From Stramenopiles sp. TOSAG23-3 (lineage: Eukaryota), in the NCBI GenBank assembly GCA_900128585.1, contig LT642164.1, positions 1 to 49,641 on the forward strand: a stretch of DNA of 49,641 bases, given 5' to 3'. Both the position numbers and the translations under genes were made by a program. Positions 21,132 through 31,147 of this stretch are shown here, one piece after another; position 1 is the stretch's first letter, and the number at the start of each line of letters is the position of its first letter. The notes beneath the pieces were generated by a model. It had not been told where the DNA came from. It did no database searches and was given only the letters and a program-made list of their open reading frames with translations.

Positions 21132-21740
21132 CTAAACGGTGGTGTGCATATTTCTGTGTTTTCTAGCCGGGGAAGATTTCTTTTTATGCTTGTGCTTGCG
21201 GGTTGGGTACTCTCCCCTCTTTACTGGTGAGTTGCCTCCAATGAGACTGCCTTCATTACTAGCATTACTGTCAAATCGACGCCGTTGCTTTTCGTGTTCT
21301 GCTTCTTGCATTTGTTTTCTTTTCATGGACAGCATCTCAATGAAGACGTCGAATTCATGCGCATTCAGAAAACATTTTATAAAAATACTGTTTGGTCCAT
21401 TTTCATGATTTAAAAATGCTCTACGTGAAGCGAGCACAAACTGCTCTTGGTACCACCCGTGTGATGCCAAAAAGGAATCGATTTGCTCCTCTATCAGTGT
21501 TATAAATGTTTCATGCAAAGCACTCATGGTCAAATTAAATTCTTGAACATGCGGATCATAATCAAAAGCATGCTTTTCTGCAAACTTGTTTATCTTTTCT
21601 TGGAATTTGGAGTTCCCAAAGAAGAAAGAGCTCACTTTACTAAATATCTCATCGTCATAGCCGCTCCCCAGAGCTGACTTGCGGAGGGTAAGGGACGGTT
21701 CGCTTAATTTAGAATTATTAGGAGAGTAAGACTCCGACAT
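21132..21740 (-). CDS. BART-domain protein (ARL2BP/CFAP36-like)
   Basis: FQEKINKFAEKHAFDYD...EFNLTMSALHETFITLIEEQIDSFLASHG...EFDVFIEML matches the BART pattern. Confidence 0.75.
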   Translation of the reverse strand: MSESYSPNNSKLSEPSLTLRKSALGSGYDDEIFSKVSSFFFGNSKFQEKINKFAEKHAFDYDPHVQEFNLTMSALHETFITLIEEQIDSFLASHGWYQEQFVLASRRAFLNHENGPNSIFIKCFLNAHEFDVFIEMLSMKRKQMQEAEHEKQRRRFDSNASNEGSLIGGNSPVKRGEYPTRKHKHKKKSSPARKHRNMHTTV

Positions 21741-22080
21741 GGCAAACTATATGTATATAAAAACGATTCTTTTATCTCTATTTCCATTAATTTTGGTTTG
21801 CTTTGATTTCCAGCGCTTTCGACCGATGCCGGTTGTCCTTTTTTCCGTTTTATATTAATCAAGGCCAGTAGGAAATACTACTATATATTGCACTGTATGT
21901 AGCTATTATTATAGGTACGTACGTACCGGTATTGTAGAGGGATTGTACGATTATTAGTGCCAAGGGGGGGGGTGTGGTGTCGATAAAATTTCATTTTTTT
22001 TTTACCATTTTTTAACCGACTGGTTTAATGCTGTATCTATATTATTAAGTCTACAGTAATTCAATATTTAATAAGAGAGA

Positions 22081-22150
22081 AGAAGGAGAGAAGAAGAAGA
22101 AGAAGAAGAAGAAGAAGAAGAAGAAGAAGAAGAAGAAGAAGAAGAAGAAG
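22081..22150. repeat. (GAA)n trinucleotide repeat
   Basis: Directly visible. Confidence 0.95.
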
Positions 22151-22383
22151 AGAAACGGCTGTTGTTGCTTTAATCGATAGACTATAGTATAATGTACAAC
22201 AACCCACCACAACAGCACAACAGCTAGAAAACAAACAAATCATCACATTATATTTAAAATTTATCATTTTAATAAATAAAAAATGCGTGGTGAAAAGGTC
22301 AACACACAAGCGTGTCTCAATCAAGATATAGATCGTATCATGGCCTGGCAACAGGAGCGTTTGACGGACAGAGAACGGGTAGT

Positions 22384-23406
22384 CTACTCTGTTTCCTGGT
22401 CTCCACTCTTTTTCAGAAGAAGGGCGACCTGCTCTTCCAACTTCGCGATTTGTTGTGATTGCTTGTCGTCCAAGTCGTTTTGAGCAAGTTGCATATCATC
22501 AACATCGTGACGCAATGTATCAATTGCATCTTCCACCTTCGACGTGTCGCTGTTTGCACTTTTCAGCAGTCCAGATAAAGTCGCACGGTCGTTCAAAGGT
22601 TTCGCAAAGCCTGTCTTAATCAGAATGACCCCGACTAACACAGTTGCAAACATTTCAATGTACGAAATGTATGCCAGACCGGACCCAAGTATAGAGGCTG
22701 GACTAGGACAGACTGTTTTTTCTGTTGTGATTGTGTATGTCACATGAGTTGTAAATGATTTCATATCACTATCATCGAGCGTGCACATTGGAGCAGATGG
22801 ATCATTGAACATCTTTTCCTTACCAGGGCACCATGTAACTTCCCAGCCGTCAGCTTTGAAGCCCGCATCACCTGGAAGCTGGCATGGTTCGAGTTCAACA
22901 TAACCATTCGGGTATGGTTGGAGGGGATTGGCTGCGACATACGTTGCCGGGGCTTGGGGTGAGTTAAACGTCCCATGGCTGCCAAGTTTATATATACCTG
23001 CTCTGTGCATACATATCGTCGCTTTTCTTGAAACACCTGCTGCCTTGAGTTCATCCATGTTATCGGGATTTATGATTTTATTGACAAACTCACGCTGCAT
23101 ATCCTTTATCCCTGTGTTGTAAACCGTCTTTGAGTCCTCCGTCCTTTCCACAGGACAGTTCAGTGACATAGATAGTAAAAGTCCCACAAAGCCAACAAAG
23201 GTAGCAAATGCAATGAAGCCGGCCATTTGGGTCGAATGGGTGTAGTTTGTTAAACGTACGTTAATTGCCCTTGAAAATTTTTCTCCTTTAGTCATTTTGT
23301 GTGGCTCCTTTTGGAATATAGACGGCTTCTTCTTGGGTTTCGGTTTCTCTGCTGTCCCTACATCCTTGGGGTCTACGACTTCTTTTTGTACGATTACAGT
23401 CGGCAT
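22384..23406 (-). CDS. Hypothetical membrane protein (two TM regions around a Cys-containing loop, C-terminal coiled coil)
   Basis: 340-aa ORF with coding-like composition and hydrophobic segments AGFIAFATFVGFVGLLLSM and ILGSGLAYISYIEMFATVLVGVILI. No family recognised. Confidence 0.75.
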   Translation of the reverse strand: MPTVIVQKEVVDPKDVGTAEKPKPKKKPSIFQKEPHKMTKGEKFSRAINVRLTNYTHSTQMAGFIAFATFVGFVGLLLSMSLNCPVERTEDSKTVYNTGIKDMQREFVNKIINPDNMDELKAAGVSRKATICMHRAGIYKLGSHGTFNSPQAPATYVAANPLQPYPNGYVELEPCQLPGDAGFKADGWEVTWCPGKEKMFNDPSAPMCTLDDSDMKSFTTHVTYTITTEKTVCPSPASILGSGLAYISYIEMFATVLVGVILIKTGFAKPLNDRATLSGLLKSANSDTSKVEDAIDTLRHDVDDMQLAQNDLDDKQSQQIAKLEEQVALLLKKSGDQETE

Positions 23407-23569
23407 TTTTTAAGTATAGAATTGTAGTTTTGGGTTACAGTTGTAAATTATGTCTAGTTTGAGGTTTACAGACGAAGGTTTCGCTCTGTTTATTTCAACT
23501 TTCCCGTTGAAATCACTTTTGTAAGTAGCCAAACCATCACAACCGAGCGGTATGGTGTATTTTTTTTTA

Positions 23570-24219
23570 AATTGTGGCGGCTCAATGGTGGTGCCTAGGA
23601 CTGCTTCCTCCCTCCTGTAGTAATTTCGGTTTTTTATTGCCTTGCTATGTTCATGGTGGTCACTGAATATTTTGTCGTAAAAAAAATGTGGCGGCTCAAT
23701 GGTGTTTAGTAGTACAACTGCTTCCTGTTTTAAATTGTTTTCTTCTTTTTTGGATGAAATGATTGGTTATCGAATCGTTTCACTCGCTCTCAAAATATTT
23801 TGTAATAATACTCGCCTTGCTATGTTCATGGTGGTCACTGAATATTTTGTCGTGAAAAAATGTGGCGGCTCACTCGCTCTCAAAATATTTTGTGCTACGT
23901 TCATGGTGGTCTCTGAATATTTTGTCGTAAAGAGCAATGCGATTATTAGTAGACAATACGTACCATTGAAACGATTCGATAACCATTCATTTCCTCCAAA
24001 AACGAAGAAAACACTTTAAAACAGGAAGCAGTTGTACTACTAAAAACCATTCTTTGAGCCGCCACATTTTTTTTACGACAAAATATTCAGAGACCACCAT
24101 GAACATAGCACAAAATATTTTGAGAGCGAGTGAGCCGCCACATTTTTTTACGACAAAATATTCAGTGACCACCATGAACATAGCAAGGCGATTATTATTA
24201 CAAAATATTTGGAGAGCGA
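23570..24219. repeat. Modular direct and inverted repeat array (units A ~58 bp, B ~84 bp, C ~21 bp)
   Basis: A-B-C-A-C-A' runs on + (23639-23930), followed by a ~35-bp spacer, then the reverse complement of C-A-C-A'-B (23967-24219). Confidence 0.92.
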
Positions 24220-24634
24220 AATAATATAGCACTGAGAAGAAATGCAACAATTACACGAATAAAAATGGCAAGAGAACGAGCTTGAATTAGTGATTGATAA
24301 AAACCCTATTTAAATTATCACTACGATATAAATACATAATATCTATTTTTTCGTGAATTTTCACACAAACGCTGCCCCCCTCCTGGTGGGCACTAACTGC
24401 AAAAAGTACAATACCACAACGCCTTCCCCTCCTAGCTCCTAGGTAGTCGTTTCACTTATAATAATTATTTAATATAATAATAAAAAATACTACTATCAGT
24501 AAAAAGCTAAACTTGATGTAGTTAGACGATTAGCTATGAATGTCCGAAGAAAAATAGAGAGAATTGCTATTCACAAACGACGTTACTCTCAATCCATGCT
24601 CTGCATGATAACAGTGCATTCTGACAAAAAGAAA

Positions 24635-25378
24635 ATGCAATCAAAACAAAAGGCTGCCCGGCATTCGGCAATATCCTCCGGCAAACTGAATTTTCAGCGA
24701 CTTTCAAATGAACCGGAACGGATTGAAGACCCAAGCGCTAATGGAGCAGATGCTGGCGATAATTCTATCACGGGCTTCTTAAAAGTTTCCACTAAACTTC
24801 CAGAATCGCTCTATTCATCAACGCTGTTGGGGCCCATGTTAGCACCAGACAATGTGTGTGAAAAGATTAATCACAACATTGTTTTACTATTTTCGCATAT
24901 ATTTCAGTTTACGCTAATATACTTCATTGCAAAGATCGATGCTGAGGAAGGCTACGAATGCCCAGTAGAACAAACAGAATCCATTCTGACGACCATATGC
25001 GTTATATTATTCATATGCTCGATAAATGCCGATATTGAGGAATCATTCAGGATGCTCATCTACGTGATTCGTCTTCGAAAAATTAGTGTTGACACGACTC
25101 ATGTTGATGCTTTGGAAGAGACAGCAGAAGACGTCAGGGATCCTCCCAAAGATGCACAGGGATATGCAAGGATCATCAAATCGACCATGAAACGGTATTT
25201 GAAAGGTTTAGCCGGCAGGTTTGAGCAATATTCGGCAAAAGATGAATCGTTTGAGATTAATTTTTTTCAATTTTTGGAAAAAGCGGGGGGGCTGAACTTT
25301 CTGAAAGTCCCTACAATGATCCCTACAAATATCTTCAACATAAAATTGGCACCAATAAAAATAAAGAAAACGAAGTAA
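24635..25378 (+). CDS. Hypothetical multi-pass membrane protein, apparently 3'-truncated near 25255
   Basis: Has TM segments (IVLLFSHIFQFTLIYFIA; ILTTICVILFICSI). The last ~35 codons are just the antisense reading of a channel S6 fragment. The start could be 24536 or 24635. Confidence 0.6.
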   Translation: MQSKQKAARHSAISSGKLNFQRLSNEPERIEDPSANGADAGDNSITGFLKVSTKLPESLYSSTLLGPMLAPDNVCEKINHNIVLLFSHIFQFTLIYFIAKIDAEEGYECPVEQTESILTTICVILFICSINADIEESFRMLIYVIRLRKISVDTTHVDALEETAEDVRDPPKDAQGYARIIKSTMKRYLKGLAGRFEQYSAKDESFEINFFQFLEKAGGLNFLKVPTMIPTNIFNIKLAPIKIKKTK

Positions 25379-25766
25379 ACGGCAAACTCGGGAGAGTTGT
25401 TGCGACTGGGCTGCTTGTCAATCTCTGTAACGTCCATGGCACTAGACGCTTTGATTTTTTTCTTTCCTTTGTAATTTTGATTGAGTCTACCAAACTGTCC
25501 GGCTGTATTGCGGGCGGTTCTTCTTCGCGTGAATCATTAGTTTCGATCGTCAACGAAGGCTTTCGCGTTTCCACTGCGCTGGGAGAAGACACAAGCACTT
25601 CTTTAGGCGGTGGGTCAGAAGGTGGGGGCGGCTTCTCTGCATGGCTATTTGTTTTATTTAAATTAGTTTCAATCTCTACTTTAGAATCATTCTTCTTTTC
25701 CAGATTTTCTATAGGAGGGCGTCCGGGGGGGGGCGGTGGTATCATCGGGTCATTACTCTCCTCCAT
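25267..25766 (-). pseudogene. Remnant of a four-domain voltage-gated Na+/Ca2+-type channel: Pro-rich N-terminus joined out of frame to a pore-loop/S6 fragment
   Basis: The frame 25437->25267 (not in the ORF track) reads (ASSA)MDVTEIDKQPSRNNSPEFAVYFVFFIFIGANFMLKIFVGIIVGTFRKFS, matching the domain III post-pore/S6 pattern of Nav/Cav channels. Confidence 0.75.
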
Positions 25767-27359
25767 TTTCTAAATAACATATATTATGTATAGTCTGCTG
25801 TCTACTGAACCCCTTCCTATGATCGAACCTGCACGTTTATCTTACGTGAGAACTACTTTTCTGCCTTAATATACAAAATCGTTGATTCGACCCATACAAC
25901 TTCATTTAAACACTTTTTCATAACAAATACGTACAGTCGTCTGTAAAATAAAAGATAATTTTAATTCACTCGTATACAACCTGTGTAGAGAGAGGTGCTT
26001 CTTTAAATTAATTTAAATACTAAGGTCTTTAAAAAAACAAATAAATGGATGTTGATCTAATTTCTATTTAAATGTATATTAAAATGATTAAATAAGTACA
26101 TTTTCATTGTAAAACTGATCATTTTCCCTTATTATAGCTAATTATATTTACACATAAGGAGTGTTGTGTGTGTTTCGTGGTCAATTAATTCATTGTGTGA
26201 CCACATATATTTTTTTTTATTCCTTTATTTTATAACTGTTAAGCGATCCATTTCCTTTTTGTATATTTAAACTGATACACCATGCAATACAATATGGACA
26301 TATCACAGAAACCACTCCAAAAATCAGTTAAACGCCTTTTCTTTAATAGTCGTTCGTATAGATATAACTGTCGTCGGGCAGGTCAAATTTATTAAAATAT
26401 CGTTGGTAGGTATTATATTGTCCTCGTACATTGTTATGTAAATAAGTAGTCCTCAATCACATAGTCCCATTATATATACGTACGTACGTACGTACGCACG
26501 TTCTAACTACTATGAGAAGGCCTGCGCTATTCTAAATAATTCTTATATCAAAATAAAATAAAAATATGACAAATACATAGTACCGTAGTAATATAGAATG
26601 AGGAAAAAATGGTCTTCTCCTTCCTCCTTCCTCCTCCTCGTAAAAATTTGTTCGTTTGGATTTGATTTTTTACTTAATTACAATATTTGTATTATTAAAG
26701 ACAAATTTCATAGGATAATCTCTTTCTTCAACTGTCACTCCTCCTTCATTTCAATTCGATTTGTAAATTAAGGATACGTATTTCTTTAGATTTTAGATAG
26801 TAAATCTATTTTGTCACTTCTTCTTTTCTGGATATCTTTTAAACATTGATATTAAATAGAAAGTCTATCACAAATGATGTTAATACTTTTTTTTCCTTAT
26901 TTATAGATGTATTGTATTGTATGTGTACTTAATCCCGACAATCAATACGAACTACGACGACTTTGTTTTCTAACTTGAAGAAGAAGAGTGAATTACGACG
27001 AGGAGGAGGCCTCCTCAATACTGTAGTTATGTAATGTAGTAAAATAATAAGAATCATCGATATAAGAATGAATCCCCCCCGCCCCCCCCCCCATAGCCAC
27101 ACATAATAATAATAAATAAAAAAACAGAAAGAGAAGAAGAAGAACGAAGAGCGCAGAATCGTTTAATAACATTTTAACAATCAGGAAATGTAAAATAGAC
27201 AAAATCGAAACGATATAAGTATTAAACCCATCAACACCCATCTGTAATAATTTCCACATTAACATCGTAAACGCTGATTATTTTTTCAAAATATTGCAAG
27301 CAGAAAAATTCAGCAACCCGCAAGAGTCATATTTGTTATATTTTCATTCTAGAGGTAGT

Positions 27360-28403
27360 ATGGGTGATATTTCTGCAGATCCCCTGACGCTAACGAGGCA
27401 CCTGTTGTCGAACTTGGACAACGAACGAAATGGCCAAGGGTTTCCGATATTGATGGCATCGATACAGCTGGCGTGCAAGACTATTGCACAAGCTGTCAGG
27501 AAAGCCGGTATTATTGGTGTGCTGGGGCTTGATGGCTCCACCAACTCGACGGGGGATGACGTCAAGAAGCTGGACTTGCTGTCCAACGATGTTTTCGTCA
27601 ATGCTCTGCGATTCTCCAGAGAGCTCTGCATCCTGGTGTCGGAAGAACTTGAGGACCCGCTCGTTATTGAAGATGCGTTGCAAGGGACTTACTGCGTTTG
27701 CACGGATCCATTAGATGGTTCGTCTAACATCGACTGCAATGTTTCTACCGGAACTATATTTGGTATCTACAGGCGCGTCCCAGGCGCCGCCCCTGGCATA
27801 AAGGACGTCCTGAGACCAGGAAAAGAACTTATCGCCGCTGGCTACTGCATGTATGGAAGTTCCACGCAAATGGTCATGACTACTGGTAAGGGGGTGAATG
27901 GTTTTACGCTTGACCCATCTATCGGTGAGTTTCTTTTGACCCACCCGGACATCAAGATTCCAGAGAAGCCAAAGACTGTCTACAGTGTCAACGAAGGGAA
28001 CGGGCGTTACTGGGACAGTGCAACATCAAAATTTGTGGAGCAGTGCAAGTCTGGGGGAAAAAAACCGTACTCCTTGAGGTACGTAGGTAGCATGGTTTCA
28101 GACGTTCATCGAACCCTTTTGTACGGAGGAATATTTATGTACCCAGGTGATTCCAAGAGCCCGAATGGAAAACTAAGAACACTGTATGAGGGTAACCCGA
28201 TGGCATTCATATGCGAACAAGCAGGCGGGATCGCCACGGACGGTCGCACTCGAATCCTAGACAAAACACCCGATCAAATTCATTGTCGCACGCCTATTTT
28301 TCTTGGATGCAAGCGGGACGTTGAAACGGTCATTTCCATGTATAGAGAAATGGATGCAAAAGCGGGAGGTGAACCTGATTCGAAAAAGGCCAGAAGTGAG
28401 TAA
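27360..28403 (+). CDS. FBP: Fructose-1,6-bisphosphatase class I (cytosolic type)
   Basis: Contains GDDVKKLDLLSN, LVSEE, DPLDGSSNIDCNVSTGTIFGIY, RYVGSMVSDVHRTLLYGGIFMYP and GKLRTLYE. ATG at 27360. Confidence 0.97.
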   Translation: MGDISADPLTLTRHLLSNLDNERNGQGFPILMASIQLACKTIAQAVRKAGIIGVLGLDGSTNSTGDDVKKLDLLSNDVFVNALRFSRELCILVSEELEDPLVIEDALQGTYCVCTDPLDGSSNIDCNVSTGTIFGIYRRVPGAAPGIKDVLRPGKELIAAGYCMYGSSTQMVMTTGKGVNGFTLDPSIGEFLLTHPDIKIPEKPKTVYSVNEGNGRYWDSATSKFVEQCKSGGKKPYSLRYVGSMVSDVHRTLLYGGIFMYPGDSKSPNGKLRTLYEGNPMAFICEQAGGIATDGRTRILDKTPDQIHCRTPIFLGCKRDVETVISMYREMDAKAGGEPDSKKARSE

Positions 28404-28530
28404 ACTATCTCTTTTGCTGAAGCAAGAAAGCTCTTTGCGTGCGTCGATCTCGCACGCACGCGTACACAGTTTTAACAACTAAGCCATTTTAATTGTGTAA
28501 AATTAAATTGTGGGTAAACTTTCGATTAAC

Positions 28531-29234
28531 TTAAAAACAAGAAAATTGGCTGTTATTTAAGTAAATTAAAATTAATGTACCGTGAACTGAAATCTAGAAT
28601 TAGACATTCATTCCATCATATACTGCGAACTTAACTAATCATTCTCAGATGTACTCCATTAATGATCTGAATTCAGTAGATGGATTAACACTGCTTTCAA
28701 ATGAGCCGTAATCAACTTCCTCATCCGATATCTCACTCATAGGTGAATAGTTTTAGAGGTGCTCGTTGTCTGTCTTGTAAATCGGTCAAGGGGTTATCAT
28801 CTGTGGGTTGGGATGTCGGGGGAGGGTCGTTTGTGTCATTTTCGATCAGCGGTTCGGCAGAGGTGGTTCGATGGCGTGCCATCGTCCTGCGATTAACTTA
28901 TCAATGATAAATGGTATGATATGGTATGGTACGCATATAAAAAAAACAAATTATAAAAAACTAATGATGATATGATATACAAATTATAAAGCACACTGAG
29001 AGTCTTAAAACATACTATTTTAAAAACAAGAAAATTGGCTGTGTTATTAGTTTTTTTTAATAGTATGCTTTAAGACTCTCATTTTAAATCAATTACATGG
29101 TATGCATACATATTTTTTAACTCAAGAAAATTGGCTGCTAATTTAAGTAATTAAAAAATTAATGTACTGCGAACTGAACTCTAAATTTTGCATAAAAATA
29201 TATTTTAAATAACAGCCAATTTTCTTGTTTTTAA
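28531..29234. repeat. Cluster of the dispersed AAACAAGAAAATTGGCTG element (28531-28609 +, 29020-29042 +, 29123-29188 +, 29205-29234 -), with a 21-bp inverted pair at 28998-29018 and 29060-29080
   Basis: Direct sequence comparison between the copies. Confidence 0.9.
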
Positions 29235-29320
29235 ATATATTTTTAACTTTTTTTTAAAAACAACGATTAAATTATCCCATTGGCATACCTCGCTCTTGCG
29301 TAATTTTTCCTATTTTGCCT

Positions 29321-30442
29321 TCACACCAAGACTTCATCTGCTTCATATAGATCATTTGGTATAAACACTGATGGGTCTATACATGCGCGAAACTCTTTAA
29401 AGCTTATCACAATACCATTTGCAAGAGGCTTTCCATCCACACTGCATATAGATGCATTTTTACTAAAATTTTTCGCTCTGCTGTTGGCAACGAGGGTTTC
29501 CCATTCTAATGTGGAACTGTACACTCCAACTTCCTCACTCCCGTCAGCGTTTGTCGTGATCTTCTCCATCTTCCCTTCTAGGTTCATTTTCCCTTTGGTA
29601 ACAGTTCCTCTGTTCACGTACTGGATTCCAACGTATGATTTCGCTCGCAAACTGTTCCCGATTTCTGACATGCGCATTTGTTTCGCGCGGGGGGAAGAAA
29701 CCAAGGATAAATACTTTCTCTTCTTTGTGCCACTGCCACGACAAATCATATCCTGCATACCAAGACTTTCTGCAATCATACCTAACTTTGTGCGGAACCC
29801 AATGTTGACGTTGATGCCATGCCGTTTCTTGTCTAATGTCTTTAGAATTTTCTGAAAGTCTACATTAAAGCGCAGCATTGCCCACGCAATAACATAGCTA
29901 ACACTACGGCTTTGCCCCATACGACAGTGTACCAGCACAGGCTTCTGACTGCAATAGCACCTGTCCAAGTACTCGAGCACTTCGACCAATGTTTTTTCCC
30001 ACGGTGAGTCTGCAGAGTCATCTATGGCAACCCTCAAGTTTTTATCTTTTGGATAACAAAACGCGATGGTTGGGGTGCAGTTGACAACGTTTCGGATTTT
30101 GTGATTATCCAAAAAATACTTCGACAACGCAATGTCTAGGTTTCCAAGAAACAAGCCGTTCCAGATTTCAGAAACACAACAGACGTCAAGACGAAAACTC
30201 TCGTGTATAACAACGTCGTCTTCTTTGTCTTCTAAACTCTTTTCACAGCTAGCGCCAACTTTTTCCTCCTTTGATTCCATACGTTTTGTATGCTCCGTGC
30301 TGTTTATAAACCACGAGTGCACATCGGCCCAGGGACCATCCCAACACTCAACAGCAGACAATTTAGTCCTGCCTTCAACAGCTTCCTCCGGGTTCTCCAA
30401 CCCCCTATACTTGCTAATGACTTGGTCAACCCACGAGGACAT
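29321..30442 (-). CDS. Dual-specificity protein phosphatase
   Basis: Contains SEIWNGLFLGN, VVNCT, IDDS, the catalytic VLVHCRMGQSRS and NIGFRTKL. Confidence 0.9.
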   Translation of the reverse strand: MSSWVDQVISKYRGLENPEEAVEGRTKLSAVECWDGPWADVHSWFINSTEHTKRMESKEEKVGASCEKSLEDKEDDVVIHESFRLDVCCVSEIWNGLFLGNLDIALSKYFLDNHKIRNVVNCTPTIAFCYPKDKNLRVAIDDSADSPWEKTLVEVLEYLDRCYCSQKPVLVHCRMGQSRSVSYVIAWAMLRFNVDFQKILKTLDKKRHGINVNIGFRTKLGMIAESLGMQDMICRGSGTKKRKYLSLVSSPRAKQMRMSEIGNSLRAKSYVGIQYVNRGTVTKGKMNLEGKMEKITTNADGSEEVGVYSSTLEWETLVANSRAKNFSKNASICSVDGKPLANGIVISFKEFRACIDPSVFIPNDLYEADEVLV

Positions 30443-31147
30443 TTTGCAACTGCAATACTGAAATTTAAATAAGAAATTGCAAGTTAATCCCTGTCTTGGC
30501 TTTCGTTCGTTTAGCTATTCTTTCCCTTTTTATGGTAAAGTATCTTAATTGTTTTAGTTCTCCCGATGACTTGTCTATCCAATTAAAATTAGTCTATCTT
30601 AAATATGGGAATCAGTAATCCTCCCGCGTCCTTGGTGGTGTCCGCTTTCTTCTTTTCCCTTCGTTGTTCTTAAAGGTTTGGGTGGAGAGCATCTTTCTAT
30701 TTCGATTCAAGTTATTAAGGATGAAATATTTATTATTATTATAAGTAATTATAAAAATATGAATATGATTAATTTGCCTTAAAATTGAAGAGGTAAGTCA
30801 ATTTCCATTCTTTCTTTTTTTTCACTTTAAATGCAATGCTGTGTGTATGCAAAAAATCCTTCTCTTTTTGTAGACGACTAATTATAATAAAATACAACAT
30901 CGAATAGCATTGCCTTTATCCTTTCACACAAAATTATATTATTATTATTTGGAAAGAACGATTTCTCGTATTATTATTAATAAACATCTAAGGGGCTTAT
31001 TACAGCACGATAAGAAAAAAGAACGGCAGTACGGTGTGAATGAATTAGTTTGTCCGTTCGTTTCTTGAACGACACAGCTATTATTTGTGCAGTGTTAATG
31101 CAACTGTGCAGAGGAGCAGCCGGTGGTGCAGGTCCCCCTTCGCTCTT

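Noticed and set aside
23639-24219. CRISPR-like array (repeated ~58-bp unit with intervening sequences)
   Set aside because: The intervening sequences are themselves repeated, the orientation flips, the unit is too long, there are no cas genes and the context is eukaryotic.
23699-24250. ORFs 23699..24019 (+) and 23987..24250 (-) sharing peptide text
   Set aside because: These are translations of the two arms of the inverted repeat, with no protein-like features.
28531-28609. piggyBac identity for the dispersed element because of its TTAA ends
   Set aside because: There is no CC-starting terminal repeat after the TTAA and no transposase, and TTAA is very common in this AT-rich DNA.
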